A stretch of DNA of 64,000 bases from an uncultured virus (IMG/VR IMGVR_UViG_3300021962_000038) (IMGVR_UViG_3300021962_000038), one strand, 5' to 3'; positions 18,733 through 27,813 are shown, counted from the stretch's first letter. Notes: generated by a model not told the origin, from the letters alone. Numbers and translations are program-made.

Positions 18733-18813
18733 TGGGTCAAGTATCACAAAATCCACAAGTATTTACACGATTGATGTGTGCGACCCACCCCGCCAACTTT
18801 CTTTTCAAAACAC

Positions 18814-18859
18814 TTGACAATAGGTATCACTTTTTTATATAATTAAATTATGAGAGAAA
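18814..18859 (+). promoter_or_regulatory. Early promoter cassette (copy 2)
   Basis: Identical 46 bp to 17353-17398. Confidence 0.85.
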
Positions 18860-18876
18860 CAATAAAAGGAGACACA

Positions 18877-19209
18877 ATGTTTGACATCATGCAATACGAA
18901 ACCAAGAATGATAATGCTTTATACAAGGGTATTCCTGCTGTATATCGTTATCATCCTGCAGTTAGAGATCTTATGAAAACTAGGTTGTTCTCTGTCAAAT
19001 ACAGAGGAAGATCTAAGGAAGGTTATAAAAGACCACAAAACTATTGTCATAAGGACTATGCAGAAACCTTTGCAATTTATCCTTATTCAAGTTATTCTGA
19101 ATACAGTGCTTTGAGAAACCAATACTTAAAAGATTGGGGATATAACCTTGCATGGGGTAAACTCAGAAACTATCTAAAAGATTTATCAACCTTTGTAGGA
19201 GCAAAATAA
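18877..19209 (+). CDS. Early hypothetical protein
   Basis: AAGGAGA SD. In-frame upstream ATG at 18850. Confidence 0.7.
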   Translation: MFDIMQYETKNDNALYKGIPAVYRYHPAVRDLMKTRLFSVKYRGRSKEGYKRPQNYCHKDYAETFAIYPYSSYSEYSALRNQYLKDWGYNLAWGKLRNYLKDLSTFVGAK

Positions 19210-19502
19210 TGGTAAAAAGATTTTTTGATACAATAGAAGTCGCAGGTCGTGACTACAAAAGATGGTCTGTTACAGGCACATTCTCTACTACAGGCAATGT
19301 AGTAGAAAAATACAAAGACAAGTTTTATGTAGCTCCTGGCGACATAGTTCGTTGGAAGTCTAACAATCAATTACCTTTTGGTGATGTGTTGTTAGATCTA
19401 TGTGAAGCACTCTACATAACACCTAAACAACTCAAAAAGACTTGTGAGTTGAGGGAAGATGAAACAGATAAATTTTGGGGGAACCTAGGAGAAAAGATAT
19501 GA
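19209..19502 (+). CDS. Hypothetical protein
   Basis: TAATG coupling, AGGAG SD, and VRWKSNN..PF.D motif. Confidence 0.7.
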   Translation: MVKRFFDTIEVAGRDYKRWSVTGTFSTTGNVVEKYKDKFYVAPGDIVRWKSNNQLPFGDVLLDLCEALYITPKQLKKTCELREDETDKFWGNLGEKI

Positions 19503-19693
19503 TACAACTAAAACTAGATTGGTTGCCGAATGCAATGGCAGACTACGAGAACCTAAGTGAAACAGAAAAGGCACATGTTGATGCTGCCCTTGATCACTTT
19601 GAAAATCAAAATCATCAAAACGATAACGACACATGTGTTTGTGGTGAAACTAATTGTGCAGATGAATATGCACATGTAACAAGTGGGTACTAA
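19499..19693 (+). CDS. Small protein with C-terminal Cys/His motif
   Basis: ATGA coupling and CVCG...C..EYAH.TSGY. Confidence 0.6.
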   Translation: MIQLKLDWLPNAMADYENLSETEKAHVDAALDHFENQNHQNDNDTCVCGETNCADEYAHVTSGY

Positions 19694-19695
19694 AT

Positions 19696-19827
19696 ATGGT
19701 AACAATACTTGTAATCGTTATCACAATTGTTATGGTACTATGTGTTTACATTGGTGCCGTGATATGTGAGGAGAATCGACAGAAAAAACGCATACCCCTT
19801 ATATGGGAGAAGGAGTTTTGGAAATGA
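19696..19827 (+). CDS. Small single-TM protein (43 aa)
   Basis: MVTILVIVITIVMVLCVYIG...; its stop overlaps ATG 19824. Confidence 0.5.
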   Translation: MVTILVIVITIVMVLCVYIGAVICEENRQKKRIPLIWEKEFWK

Positions 19828-20390
19828 ACGAGAAACATAAGTTTGGAGTAATTGGGAAAATAGCTGAACGAGAACTACTCATTCGTTTGGGTATTGGATT
19901 AGGTTCAGCAACATTTGGTTTTTTGATGGGTCTGTTCCTCATGTTTGTATCAATAAAAGCAAATGCTTCAGATGAGAACGGAGATATACTTTGTCTTGCA
20001 CAGAACATTTACTTCGAGAGTGGTAATCAACCTCTAGCAGGAAAGATAGCAGTATCTCATGTAGTTCTCAATCGTGTAGAGAGTGATCTCTATCCTGACA
20101 CTATCTGTGGTGTCATATATGATGCAGAACTCAAAGAAAACTGGTTAGGTAAAATGGTTCCTGTTATAGGTCGTTGTCAGTTCAGTTGGTATTGTGATGG
20201 TAAATCTGACGACCCTGTAGACAGTAAGACTTGGATAGAAAGTATCCTGATTGCAAGGAGAGTAGTGCAAGGTGAATGGTCAGACATCACTGAGGGTGCA
20301 ACTCACTATCATGCAGACTACATACATCCCTTTTGGGCAGACAGCCTAAACAAAACAACAACAATCGATAACCACATATTTTACAAATGA
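19824..20390 (+). CDS. Cell wall hydrolase (SleB/Hydrolase_2) with N-terminal TM anchor
   Basis: CLAQNIYFES, VVLNRV, YPDTICGVI, CQFSWYCDG, GATHYHA, HIFY. Confidence 0.93.
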   Translation: MNEKHKFGVIGKIAERELLIRLGIGLGSATFGFLMGLFLMFVSIKANASDENGDILCLAQNIYFESGNQPLAGKIAVSHVVLNRVESDLYPDTICGVIYDAELKENWLGKMVPVIGRCQFSWYCDGKSDDPVDSKTWIESILIARRVVQGEWSDITEGATHYHADYIHPFWADSLNKTTTIDNHIFYK

Positions 20391-20641
20391 GACACATAGG
20401 CAGTTTACATAGAACATACGACAGAAACGATGGTGTATCGTTAGAGTTTACTTTTGCGAATGGTTGGGGTGCAAGTGTCATAAAGAGTCAATACTCTTAT
20501 GGTGGTAAAGATGGACTTTGGGAACTTGCAGTGTTAGATCATGGAGTTATATGCTATGATACACATATAACAAATGATGTACTAGGACATCTGACTTGGG
20601 AACAAGTCGAAAACACCCTAGACGAGATACAAAAACTATAA
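20387..20641 (+). CDS. Conserved phage hypothetical protein
   Basis: FANGWGASV, SYGG..GLWELAV, ITNDVLGHL. Confidence 0.8.
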   Translation: MRHIGSLHRTYDRNDGVSLEFTFANGWGASVIKSQYSYGGKDGLWELAVLDHGVICYDTHITNDVLGHLTWEQVENTLDEIQKL

Positions 20642-20656
20642 TATAATGGAGACTAT

Positions 20657-20845
20657 ATGGAAGAAATACTAAAAGCATTACAAGAAAGAATAGAGAAGAA
20701 CCAAGACATATTGGAACAAATAGAATACCAAGTGTCCTCTCTACAAAGTGAAATAAACATACTTTCAAATTCTATCAACACTGTTGACAGTATACTAGGT
20801 TCACTAGAAAGTACAGTCAACTCAATAGATAGCAGAGTATCGTGA
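20657..20845 (+). CDS. Small coiled-coil protein
   Basis: Heptad pattern and GGAG SD. Confidence 0.65.
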   Translation: MEEILKALQERIEKNQDILEQIEYQVSSLQSEINILSNSINTVDSILGSLESTVNSIDSRVS

Positions 20846-21381
20846 ACCTATTCTACTTAGATACAAGACCTGAGAAATGTGCAACTCTGCATTGTGATAA
20901 ACATGTGGTCAAGATGATCATCGAGTATGCACAACTCATGTCTACTGCACACCGTGTGTTAGATGGATCTGAGTATGAAGATAAAACTAAAAACGGTAGA
21001 AGGATTAGACGATGGAAACATCCTAACAATAATATGGAGAATGTGTTGTATAAAGCTTCACACATCAACCATCCTACTGCAGTATGGACAAGACAGTCTT
21101 GGGGTAACTACCGTTATCTCTACAAACTGTTTTGTGCGTTGTGTGATGAATACACATATCGTTATGGTAAAACACATTTGACTGATACACTACTCAGACA
21201 AGTGTTAGAGGAACCACCTCAAAACATTCCTAGTGAAAGATTTTCTGCACCACCACCTGCAATGCCAGATGATGTCAAGGAAAAAAATGTCATAAATGCA
21301 TACCATAAATACTACAGAGTTTATAAGAAAGACTTTGCAAAGTGGACTGGTCGACCAGTTCCTAGTTTTATGAGTGCATAA
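20842..21381 (+). CDS. denV: Pyrimidine-dimer DNA glycosylase-like (DenV-like)
   Basis: MNLFYLD, HCDKHVVKMI.EYAQL.STAH, HINHP...W.R, EY..RYGK.H. Confidence 0.8.
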   Translation: MNLFYLDTRPEKCATLHCDKHVVKMIIEYAQLMSTAHRVLDGSEYEDKTKNGRRIRRWKHPNNNMENVLYKASHINHPTAVWTRQSWGNYRYLYKLFCALCDEYTYRYGKTHLTDTLLRQVLEEPPQNIPSERFSAPPPAMPDDVKEKNVINAYHKYYRVYKKDFAKWTGRPVPSFMSA

Positions 21382-21686
21382 TGCCAACATACGAATTTCT
21401 AAATACCGAAACCAACGAGATTGAAGAACACTTCATGTCTTACACTAAGTTGGATGAGTTCAAAGAAAACAACCCACACCTCAAACAACAGATCGGTTCA
21501 CCTAACATTGTTGGTCGTGTAACTATCAGAGATAAGACTGGTGGGTTCAATGAAGTGTTATCACGAATAGGTGAAGCTAATCCTGCATCTAAACTTGCAG
21601 AGACCCACGGAAACAAATCAATCAAAAGAATAAAAGCAGAACAAGTTGTCAGAAAACACATAGACAAACAGAACAAAAACAAGTAA
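21381..21686 (+). CDS. FmdB-like small regulatory protein (Cys-less)
   Basis: MPTYEF, NPHL, GFNEVLS.I..A.P. Confidence 0.65.
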   Translation: MPTYEFLNTETNEIEEHFMSYTKLDEFKENNPHLKQQIGSPNIVGRVTIRDKTGGFNEVLSRIGEANPASKLAETHGNKSIKRIKAEQVVRKHIDKQNKNK

Positions 21687-21695
21687 AATAATATC

Positions 21696-22373
21696 ATGGG
21701 TAAAGTGCAAACAGATTACTTAGACTTTTCTGATTTAGAAAGATTAGATCTAAAAACTATTACAGAAAACGGAACACGGTTTTATGTAGATAGTATGGGA
21801 ACTAAATTACCCAGTGTTACTACAGTCGTTGGACTAAAGACAAGAGATCAAATACAACTATGGAGAAAACGAGTTGGTGAAGAAGAAGCCAATCGTATAT
21901 CCCAAAAGGCTGCAAGACGAGGAACTGCATTCCACGATAAAGTAGAACAGTACCTTCGTAGAGAAGATGATTACATAGAGTTTAATAACCTAATAGAAGA
22001 AGGTATGTTCAAAGGTATTCGAGGTTTGTTAGATCAAATAACACCTCTTGCAATTGAGTGTCCCCTCTACAGTCCAACACTGTCTATGGCAGGTCGTGTG
22101 GATTGTGTAGGTATCTTTGAAGATGCACTTGCAATTATAGATTTCAAGACAAGTGCAAAATATAAGAAAGAGGAGTATGCAGAGTCTTGGTATTTACAAA
22201 TGACTGCTTATGCAATCATGGTTGAAGAACTAACTGGTGAAGCCATAGATGAGTTGTGTGCGATTGTTGCAATAGAAGACGGTAATTATCAACTGTTTGT
22301 TAGTGAACCTCATCGTCATGTCGAGGAACTGGTATCGTTGAGAAATCGTTATAAAAATTTATATGGAGTATAA
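21696..22373 (+). CDS. PD-(D/E)xK exonuclease (Cas4-like)
   Basis: PSVTT, WRKRVG, RGT.FH, AGRVDC, IIDFKT, Q.TAYA. Confidence 0.9.
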   Translation: MGKVQTDYLDFSDLERLDLKTITENGTRFYVDSMGTKLPSVTTVVGLKTRDQIQLWRKRVGEEEANRISQKAARRGTAFHDKVEQYLRREDDYIEFNNLIEEGMFKGIRGLLDQITPLAIECPLYSPTLSMAGRVDCVGIFEDALAIIDFKTSAKYKKEEYAESWYLQMTAYAIMVEELTGEAIDELCAIVAIEDGNYQLFVSEPHRHVEELVSLRNRYKNLYGV

Positions 22374-22616
22374 ATGTCAATACTATCTAAAAAACAATTC
22401 AACGAAAAGGTAGAACGATTATTGAGTAATGGTCGTGCAGGTGTCGTAGATGCAATTCTTAGAGTGTGTGATGATCATGCACTAGAACCTGAGAGTGCAA
22501 AGAGATTGTTATCTGACCCATTGAAACAAAAACTAGAGGCAGAAGCCAAGTCCCTAAATCTAATCAATAGAGGTAAGTCTAGTCAAGGGACACTTACCAG
22601 TTTTTATTCCAAATAG
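22374..22616 (+). CDS. gp33: Late promoter transcription coactivator
   Basis: F..KVE, DAI...C, EPE, PLKQKLEAEA..LN; synteny with gp59 and gp32. Confidence 0.8.
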   Translation: MSILSKKQFNEKVERLLSNGRAGVVDAILRVCDDHALEPESAKRLLSDPLKQKLEAEAKSLNLINRGKSSQGTLTSFYSK

Positions 22617-22624
22617 GAGTTGTT

Positions 22625-22915
22625 ATGAAAAACGGTGAAATTGTTGCAGTAGTTACAATGTCAGGAGAGTATGTTGGAGAGTTAGTCAACCTAACAGAAG
22701 GTAGTGTTGAACTCAAAAACCCTCGTATGATATTGTCAGATGGACATGGAAAAATGGGATTTGCAAAAGGTATTTGTGTATCAGGTGTAGAGAACCCCAC
22801 TTCTCAAGTGTTCAATCAATTCGTGTTTGTTGCAGAAGTCAATGAGACTATTGCAGATGGACACAGACAAGCAGTGTCAGGTATTACAGTCGCAAAACCC
22901 AAGATTGTAATCTAA
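22625..22915 (+). CDS. Conserved hypothetical protein (Sm/SH3-like beta fold)
   Basis: GEIV.V.T.SGEYVG ... L.NPR.I. Confidence 0.7.
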   Translation: MKNGEIVAVVTMSGEYVGELVNLTEGSVELKNPRMILSDGHGKMGFAKGICVSGVENPTSQVFNQFVFVAEVNETIADGHRQAVSGITVAKPKIVI

Positions 22916-23508
22916 TGACCAGTAGAGAAGGATTTGATGCATATCAGTTGTACCTTGGAATAAAGTTACACTTTCATTCAGATAGTTATAACTTTATAAC
23001 ATACAACGGTAAAGTAAAGGCTGACATCAATTCTTTTCTCAAACGAAAAGACAAATACCACTTTGGTAAACTATACAAAACATATAAAACAGAACTGAAA
23101 GATTTCTTTGTTGCAAATCTATCACAACATGACTTGTGGGCAGGTGATCTACTCAATGAGGAAAGTGATAGACGATACATAGAATGGAAGAAGAAACATC
23201 AGAAACTTTTTTATATGTTTGAAACAGAAGTGTCTGACTTACTTAGAAGTAAAACCATCAAACAAGTCATTGAAGTAAAGAATGGACAACATCCTATTCT
23301 ACTCAAAGAGTTTATGAGAAAAAGTATCTCCATTGAAACCATGTGTATACTGGATGACATCATGGGGTTTTTACCTACATGGTCTAAACTGATTGGGGAA
23401 CAAGTTATCTATCCTGATTTACAAAACAGAATAAGTAAGTACAAATCCTTTATTTCTTATGATTTCAAAAAGTATAAAGAAAGACTAATTGAATTATGCT
23501 CACAATAG
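22915..23508 (+). CDS. gp59: Helicase loader
   Basis: Y..YL.IKLHF...SY.F..Y.GK, F.KRKDKY.F.KL, FFVAN, ISIET. Confidence 0.88.
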   Translation: MTSREGFDAYQLYLGIKLHFHSDSYNFITYNGKVKADINSFLKRKDKYHFGKLYKTYKTELKDFFVANLSQHDLWAGDLLNEESDRRYIEWKKKHQKLFYMFETEVSDLLRSKTIKQVIEVKNGQHPILLKEFMRKSISIETMCILDDIMGFLPTWSKLIGEQVIYPDLQNRISKYKSFISYDFKKYKERLIELCSQ

Positions 23509-24212
23509 TTGGAAACGGTAGAAGTAGAGAAGGAATAAATCTTGACACTATCGGTAGATGGTGGGGGTGTAATGCAGTGTATCGTGATGGATACATTCCT
23601 GAACTACTCTTTGCAATGGATATTTCAATGCAGAGTGAGATCATCCACTCAGGATACTACGAGAAGAACAAAGTTGTGGTTGGTGGATGGGAACCCATAG
23701 ACATATCTATGTTAGATATTATCCGTGCAGGATTTGAGTGGTCAGAAGAAAAACAGAATGTTTTTATCAAAGAGGGGGATACTCATTTTGTTGTACAAGG
23801 TGGGGAAGGACAAGTAGATTTCTTGGGATATAGAGCTGGTTTTCAAGATAACATAGTTATATATAAAAAAGAGAAACTCAAGAACCTCTTTACTGGAATG
23901 AGTGCATTGGGATATGCATTAGAGGAAGGAATGACTGAGATTACACTCTTAGGTTTTGATGCACTCTTTTCAGAAAATGTTGGTAATGTTTATGAAGGTT
24001 CAACTCATTATCGATATAAATATACGCTTGAGGACAGAGTGTATGATGCACAGCGTTCTCAATTTATTGCTCTTTTAGAAGAGTATAAAAATAGTAAAGT
24101 TTATTTCCAAAAGTCGCTTGACGATATAGAGGAAATTGACTATACTAATCTTAGTTACTATGAAAATAGTGAAAGGTGGATTCTAGGTTTCGGTCTAGAA
24201 TCTAGTAGATAA
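23496..24212 (+). CDS. Hypothetical protein with Rossmann-like start (GT29/MptE-like)
   Basis: IVGNG.SR, WGCNAVYRD, TG.SAL..A, ITLLGFD. Confidence 0.65.
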   Translation: MLTIVGNGRSREGINLDTIGRWWGCNAVYRDGYIPELLFAMDISMQSEIIHSGYYEKNKVVVGGWEPIDISMLDIIRAGFEWSEEKQNVFIKEGDTHFVVQGGEGQVDFLGYRAGFQDNIVIYKKEKLKNLFTGMSALGYALEEGMTEITLLGFDALFSENVGNVYEGSTHYRYKYTLEDRVYDAQRSQFIALLEEYKNSKVYFQKSLDDIEEIDYTNLSYYENSERWILGFGLESSR

Positions 24213-24247
24213 AATGCAAATACAATGTAATACAATAGGAGAATACA

Positions 24248-25141
24248 ATGTCAGCATCATTAGATAAACTTCGTGCAGCCATGAACGCTGCTTCACCAAC
24301 TCAAGGTGAAACAAAATCCTACTCAGACGATAGATACTGGAAACCTGAACTCGACAAGAGTGGTAATGGTTTTGCAGTGGTTCGTTTTTTACCTACGCCA
24401 GAGGGAGAGGAATTACCTTGGGTTTCTTACTGGGATCATGGTTTCCAAGGCCCAGGCGGTTGGTATATTGAGAAGTCTTTGACTACCCTCAATAAACAAG
24501 ACCCAGTGTCAGAATACAACACTCAGTTGTGGAATACTGGAATTGAAGCAAACAAAGAAATTGCAAGGAGACAAAAACGCAGATTGCACTATGTCTCAAA
24601 TGTCTTTGTTGTTTCTGATCCAAAAAATCCTGACAATGAAGGTAAAGTTTTCTTATTCAAATATGGTAAGAAAATCTTTGAACAACTCAAAGAAGCAATG
24701 TCACCTGCATTTGAAGATGAAAAAGCAGTAAATCCTTTTGATCTCAGAGAGGGTGCTAACTTCAAAATCAAAATCAGAAAAGTAGACGGTTATTGGAACT
24801 ACGACAAATCAGAATTTGATTCAGTTTCACCACTTTTTACAGATGAAACAAGACTAACAGAAGTGTTTAATTCTGTGCATGGTCTTGCTGATATCGTTGC
24901 ACCATCAGAGTTCAAAACCTACGAAGAACTCAAAGAAAAATTTGAGAGAGTTCTAGGTCTCACTGGTAGTGTTGCAACCTCTACAGCAGAAAGTATTGCG
25001 AATGACGAAGAAGAAGTGCCTTGGTCAAATGCAAACGAATCTGTTGCAGATGAACCAGTAATCAGATCAGTTGACTCATCATTAGAAGATAGTGAAGATG
25101 ATACTATGGATTACTTCCGTAAACTTGCAACTGAACAGTAA
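24248..25141 (+). CDS. gp32: Single-stranded DNA-binding protein
   Basis: DDRYWKP.LDKSGNG.AVVRFLP, HGFQGPGGWYIEKSLTT, YGKKIF, NYDKSEF, acidic tail with YF.KLA. Confidence 0.97.
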   Translation: MSASLDKLRAAMNAASPTQGETKSYSDDRYWKPELDKSGNGFAVVRFLPTPEGEELPWVSYWDHGFQGPGGWYIEKSLTTLNKQDPVSEYNTQLWNTGIEANKEIARRQKRRLHYVSNVFVVSDPKNPDNEGKVFLFKYGKKIFEQLKEAMSPAFEDEKAVNPFDLREGANFKIKIRKVDGYWNYDKSEFDSVSPLFTDETRLTEVFNSVHGLADIVAPSEFKTYEELKEKFERVLGLTGSVATSTAESIANDEEEVPWSNANESVADEPVIRSVDSSLEDSEDDTMDYFRKLATEQ

Positions 25142-25154
25142 GTTTATGTTTGGG

Positions 25155-25304
25155 ATGGTAGTATGATTATAATGTGTCCTATGAAAGTACTACCATTGAC
25201 TAAGACCGTGGATAACAGGGGGTACTTAGTAGGGGTAAGAAGTTCAGCTAGATGCGGGGACTTCGGTGAAGAGCGGGTTGCTATAACAGTAGGGGCGACT
25301 TCAC
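25155..25304 (+). ncRNA. Candidate structured RNA / rpsU leader (four stem-loops)
   Basis: Stems atggtagta/tactaccat, actaag/cttagt, gaagttc/ggacttc, gtgaag/cttcac. GC-richer than the flanks and has no plus-strand ORF. Confidence 0.45.
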
Positions 25305-25326
25305 ATTTTTTATTATAGGAAAATTT

Positions 25327-25563
25327 ATGCCAAGTGTAACACCAAGAACTAATCCAAAATCTAAATTTGTTGAACCGTTTGATAAGATGCTAAGAAGGTT
25401 TAAGAAATCTTGTGAAAAAGCAGGTATCGTAGAGGAAGTAAGAAAAAGAGAATTTTTCGAAAAACCAGCTGCTAAGAAACACAAAAAAATGCAAGATCAA
25501 AATAGAAAAAGACAGTTAGAAAAGGAAAGACAAGCACTAAACGGTTATAGAAGGAAAAGATAA
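25327..25563 (+). CDS. rpsU: 30S ribosomal protein S21 (bS21)
   Basis: MP.V...[28 protein letters not shown], close to the E. coli S21 pattern. Confidence 0.95.
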   Translation: MPSVTPRTNPKSKFVEPFDKMLRRFKKSCEKAGIVEEVRKREFFEKPAAKKHKKMQDQNRKRQLEKERQALNGYRRKR

Positions 25564-25733
25564 TGTCTAAAGGTTCAAAGAGAAGACCTCAAATCGTATC
25601 AGACGAACAGTTCTCTTTGGCTTGGGATAAGATATTTACTCAAAAGAAAACACCATCACACGGACTTACTCAAGTCCATACAGATAAAACAAAATATAAT
25701 AGAAAGAAATCTAGTATACAAACTGAGTGCTAG
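25563..25733 (+). CDS. Small basic protein (56 aa) coupled to rpsU
   Basis: TAATG overlap; [20 protein letters not shown]...VHTDKTKYNRKK. Confidence 0.6.
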   Translation: MSKGSKRRPQIVSDEQFSLAWDKIFTQKKTPSHGLTQVHTDKTKYNRKKSSIQTEC

Positions 25734-27813
25734 CAACAGTTGCACCGTATCTGTCTTGGTTCCTAGTTTGTGGGGCTGAAGGATAGACATTAGAGGTTGA
25801 ACTGTTTGTTGATTGTGCATTAGTTACAATCACTGGTTGTTGTGTACTTGTACCAGCAGCTGACTCTGTTGCTAGTATTGTTGCTTGTTGTTGATATGCA
25901 AGTTCTTGTTCATCAGCAGCTCTAATTGCAGCTCTATCTGCGAGTATACCTTCTAATGTTTCACGATCAGCAGGACTTACATCAGCAGTATCTAAGATTG
26001 CTTGGATCTGTTTATCGGATGCTCTTCCAGCCATTGAAGTGTCAATGGTGTCCATACCCCAATCACGAGTAAGAATACCTGAAGAATCTGCAAGATCTTT
26101 CTGTGCATCAAACTCTTCACCGCCTCCAAACAAACCACCTATAACTGGTATATCTTTGATTATGTTTTTGAAATAACCTAATATATCAAAATTGAATAGT
26201 TCACTAAAGAAATCAAATAGTCCCTGCAACGGAGATGTTATAACATCCCAAAAACCACTAAAAGTTTGCTTCAGACCTGCCCACATCATTCCGAAGTCGA
26301 GGGTGAATAGACCATAAAAGAAGGTTCCTATTCCACCGAAGAAATCAAACAATCCACCTAATGCAGTGGAGAAGGAAGTTGATATACCTGACCATAGTGC
26401 AGAGAAGAAACCTGTCTTTTCTTCAATCCATTCTGCTGCTTTGTATACTGCATAACCAAGAGCAATCACTGCAGCTGCTATTGCAATATATGGTAATGCA
26501 GCTACTAACATACCAGCAGCAGTTGCTAATAAACCAGTAACGAATGCAAGTGCAGCTGGAATAAATGCTATCAATGCTCTTCCTAGACCTTTTGCAGCCG
26601 TACCAAGTCCTGCGGCTATTTTTTCAAGAACTTTGATTAGTGATCCAGCAGAAACAGCGAGGGATTTTATTACAGTTGCAAATCCTGTAGCCAAACCAGT
26701 AAACAATTTTCCTAATCCAACTATACTTGCTCTAAACATTTTAGATGCTAATTCAAGTTTATTATCGGATGCAAAGAAGTTCTGAGAAGCACTGACGACA
26801 CTTCCAAATAAATCTTTTTTACCGAATATTTTTCCAACTGCATTGGTGTATTTTACTACATCATCAAATACACTTTCTAGATCAATGACACCATCAGTCA
26901 AGTCCTTGAGACCCTCTGCAAAATCACCTATCGGATTACTATCATTATTTAATTCTTTGAGGTTTTTCTTTACTCTTTCGTTGAAGTCTTTTTGGAGTCT
27001 TAAGTTTTCTTCTTGATCTTCTTCTGCTTGTGCAAGTTGTTGTTCAAGACCACTTTTGTTTAATTCTGCAATTTCTTCTCCTAAGAGAGAAGCTTCTCCT
27101 TGTAATATTCTTGATTTTTTATAAAGTTCTCTATTCTTGTCTATAGCTGCAAGAGCATCATCTCCATCTTGTTTAGAAATAAGTCCTTCACCAATATAGT
27201 CCTGATAAAATTGAAAATTTTCATCTAATTTTTTTTGGATATCTTCTAGAGAAGAAGATGGATCTATCTTCAAAAATTTTGCAGTTTCTTTTATGAACTT
27301 GTCTGTTTCTTTATTGTTTTCTTCTTGTGTTTGTGTTAGAAAACCTATTCTATCTGCCTGTTCACCTAATTGTCTTTGTACTTCAAAAAATCTATCAGTA
27401 GTTCTCTTTACCTCTGCTTCAATGTTTGCAAATGTATCAAAATCAAAATCTTTATCACCGTATTTTGCGAAGGTGTCTCTTATCAAATCAAGATCACCAC
27501 CTGCTTCTTTAAATGCTTCTATTGTTTGTTTTTTTTGAAGTAACTCGATGTTAGATATAACTAGTTCAGACTTTCGTTTTTGCAATGCACCTGCAAGAGT
27601 ATCTTTAGTTGTCTTACGAATTTCTGCAACTGTTTTTGCTAATTCAGGATTTACTTCTTGTAAACCCTTAACGACTTTTTGAAAAGAACTAGAAAACTCT
27701 CTAGTAGTTGCATCAATCTCACGATTTGTTTCTGCGAGATCTCTTGCAGCTTCTTTCTGTTGTTTTGCCTGTTCTTTTAGAACCTTACTTAGTTCGTTGT
27801 CGTTATCAGCCAT
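25711..27813 (-). CDS. Tape-measure-like / baseplate hub protein (gp29-like)
   Basis: Coiled-coil N-half, Ala/Gly-rich hydrophobic helices, aromatic-periodic repeats, and position downstream of gp26/gp51. Confidence 0.7.
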   Translation of the reverse strand: MADNDNELSKVLKEQAKQQKEAARDLAETNREIDATTREFSSSFQKVVKGLQEVNPELAKTVAEIRKTTKDTLAGALQKRKSELVISNIELLQKKQTIEAFKEAGGDLDLIRDTFAKYGDKDFDFDTFANIEAEVKRTTDRFFEVQRQLGEQADRIGFLTQTQEENNKETDKFIKETAKFLKIDPSSSLEDIQKKLDENFQFYQDYIGEGLISKQDGDDALAAIDKNRELYKKSRILQGEASLLGEEIAELNKSGLEQQLAQAEEDQEENLRLQKDFNERVKKNLKELNNDSNPIGDFAEGLKDLTDGVIDLESVFDDVVKYTNAVGKIFGKKDLFGSVVSASQNFFASDNKLELASKMFRASIVGLGKLFTGLATGFATVIKSLAVSAGSLIKVLEKIAAGLGTAAKGLGRALIAFIPAALAFVTGLLATAAGMLVAALPYIAIAAAVIALGYAVYKAAEWIEEKTGFFSALWSGISTSFSTALGGLFDFFGGIGTFFYGLFTLDFGMMWAGLKQTFSGFWDVITSPLQGLFDFFSELFNFDILGYFKNIIKDIPVIGGLFGGGEEFDAQKDLADSSGILTRDWGMDTIDTSMAGRASDKQIQAILDTADVSPADRETLEGILADRAAIRAADEQELAYQQQATILATESAAGTSTQQPVIVTNAQSTNSSTSNVYPSAPQTRNQDRYGATVASTQFVY

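Noticed and set aside
18720..18800. Canonical tRNA
   Set aside because: No proper D-arm, anticodon arm or GTTC T-loop. Kept only as a structured RNA candidate.
21696..22373. Cas4-like gene as part of a CRISPR system
   Set aside because: It is the standalone exonuclease in the usual T4-like position before gp33 and gp59.
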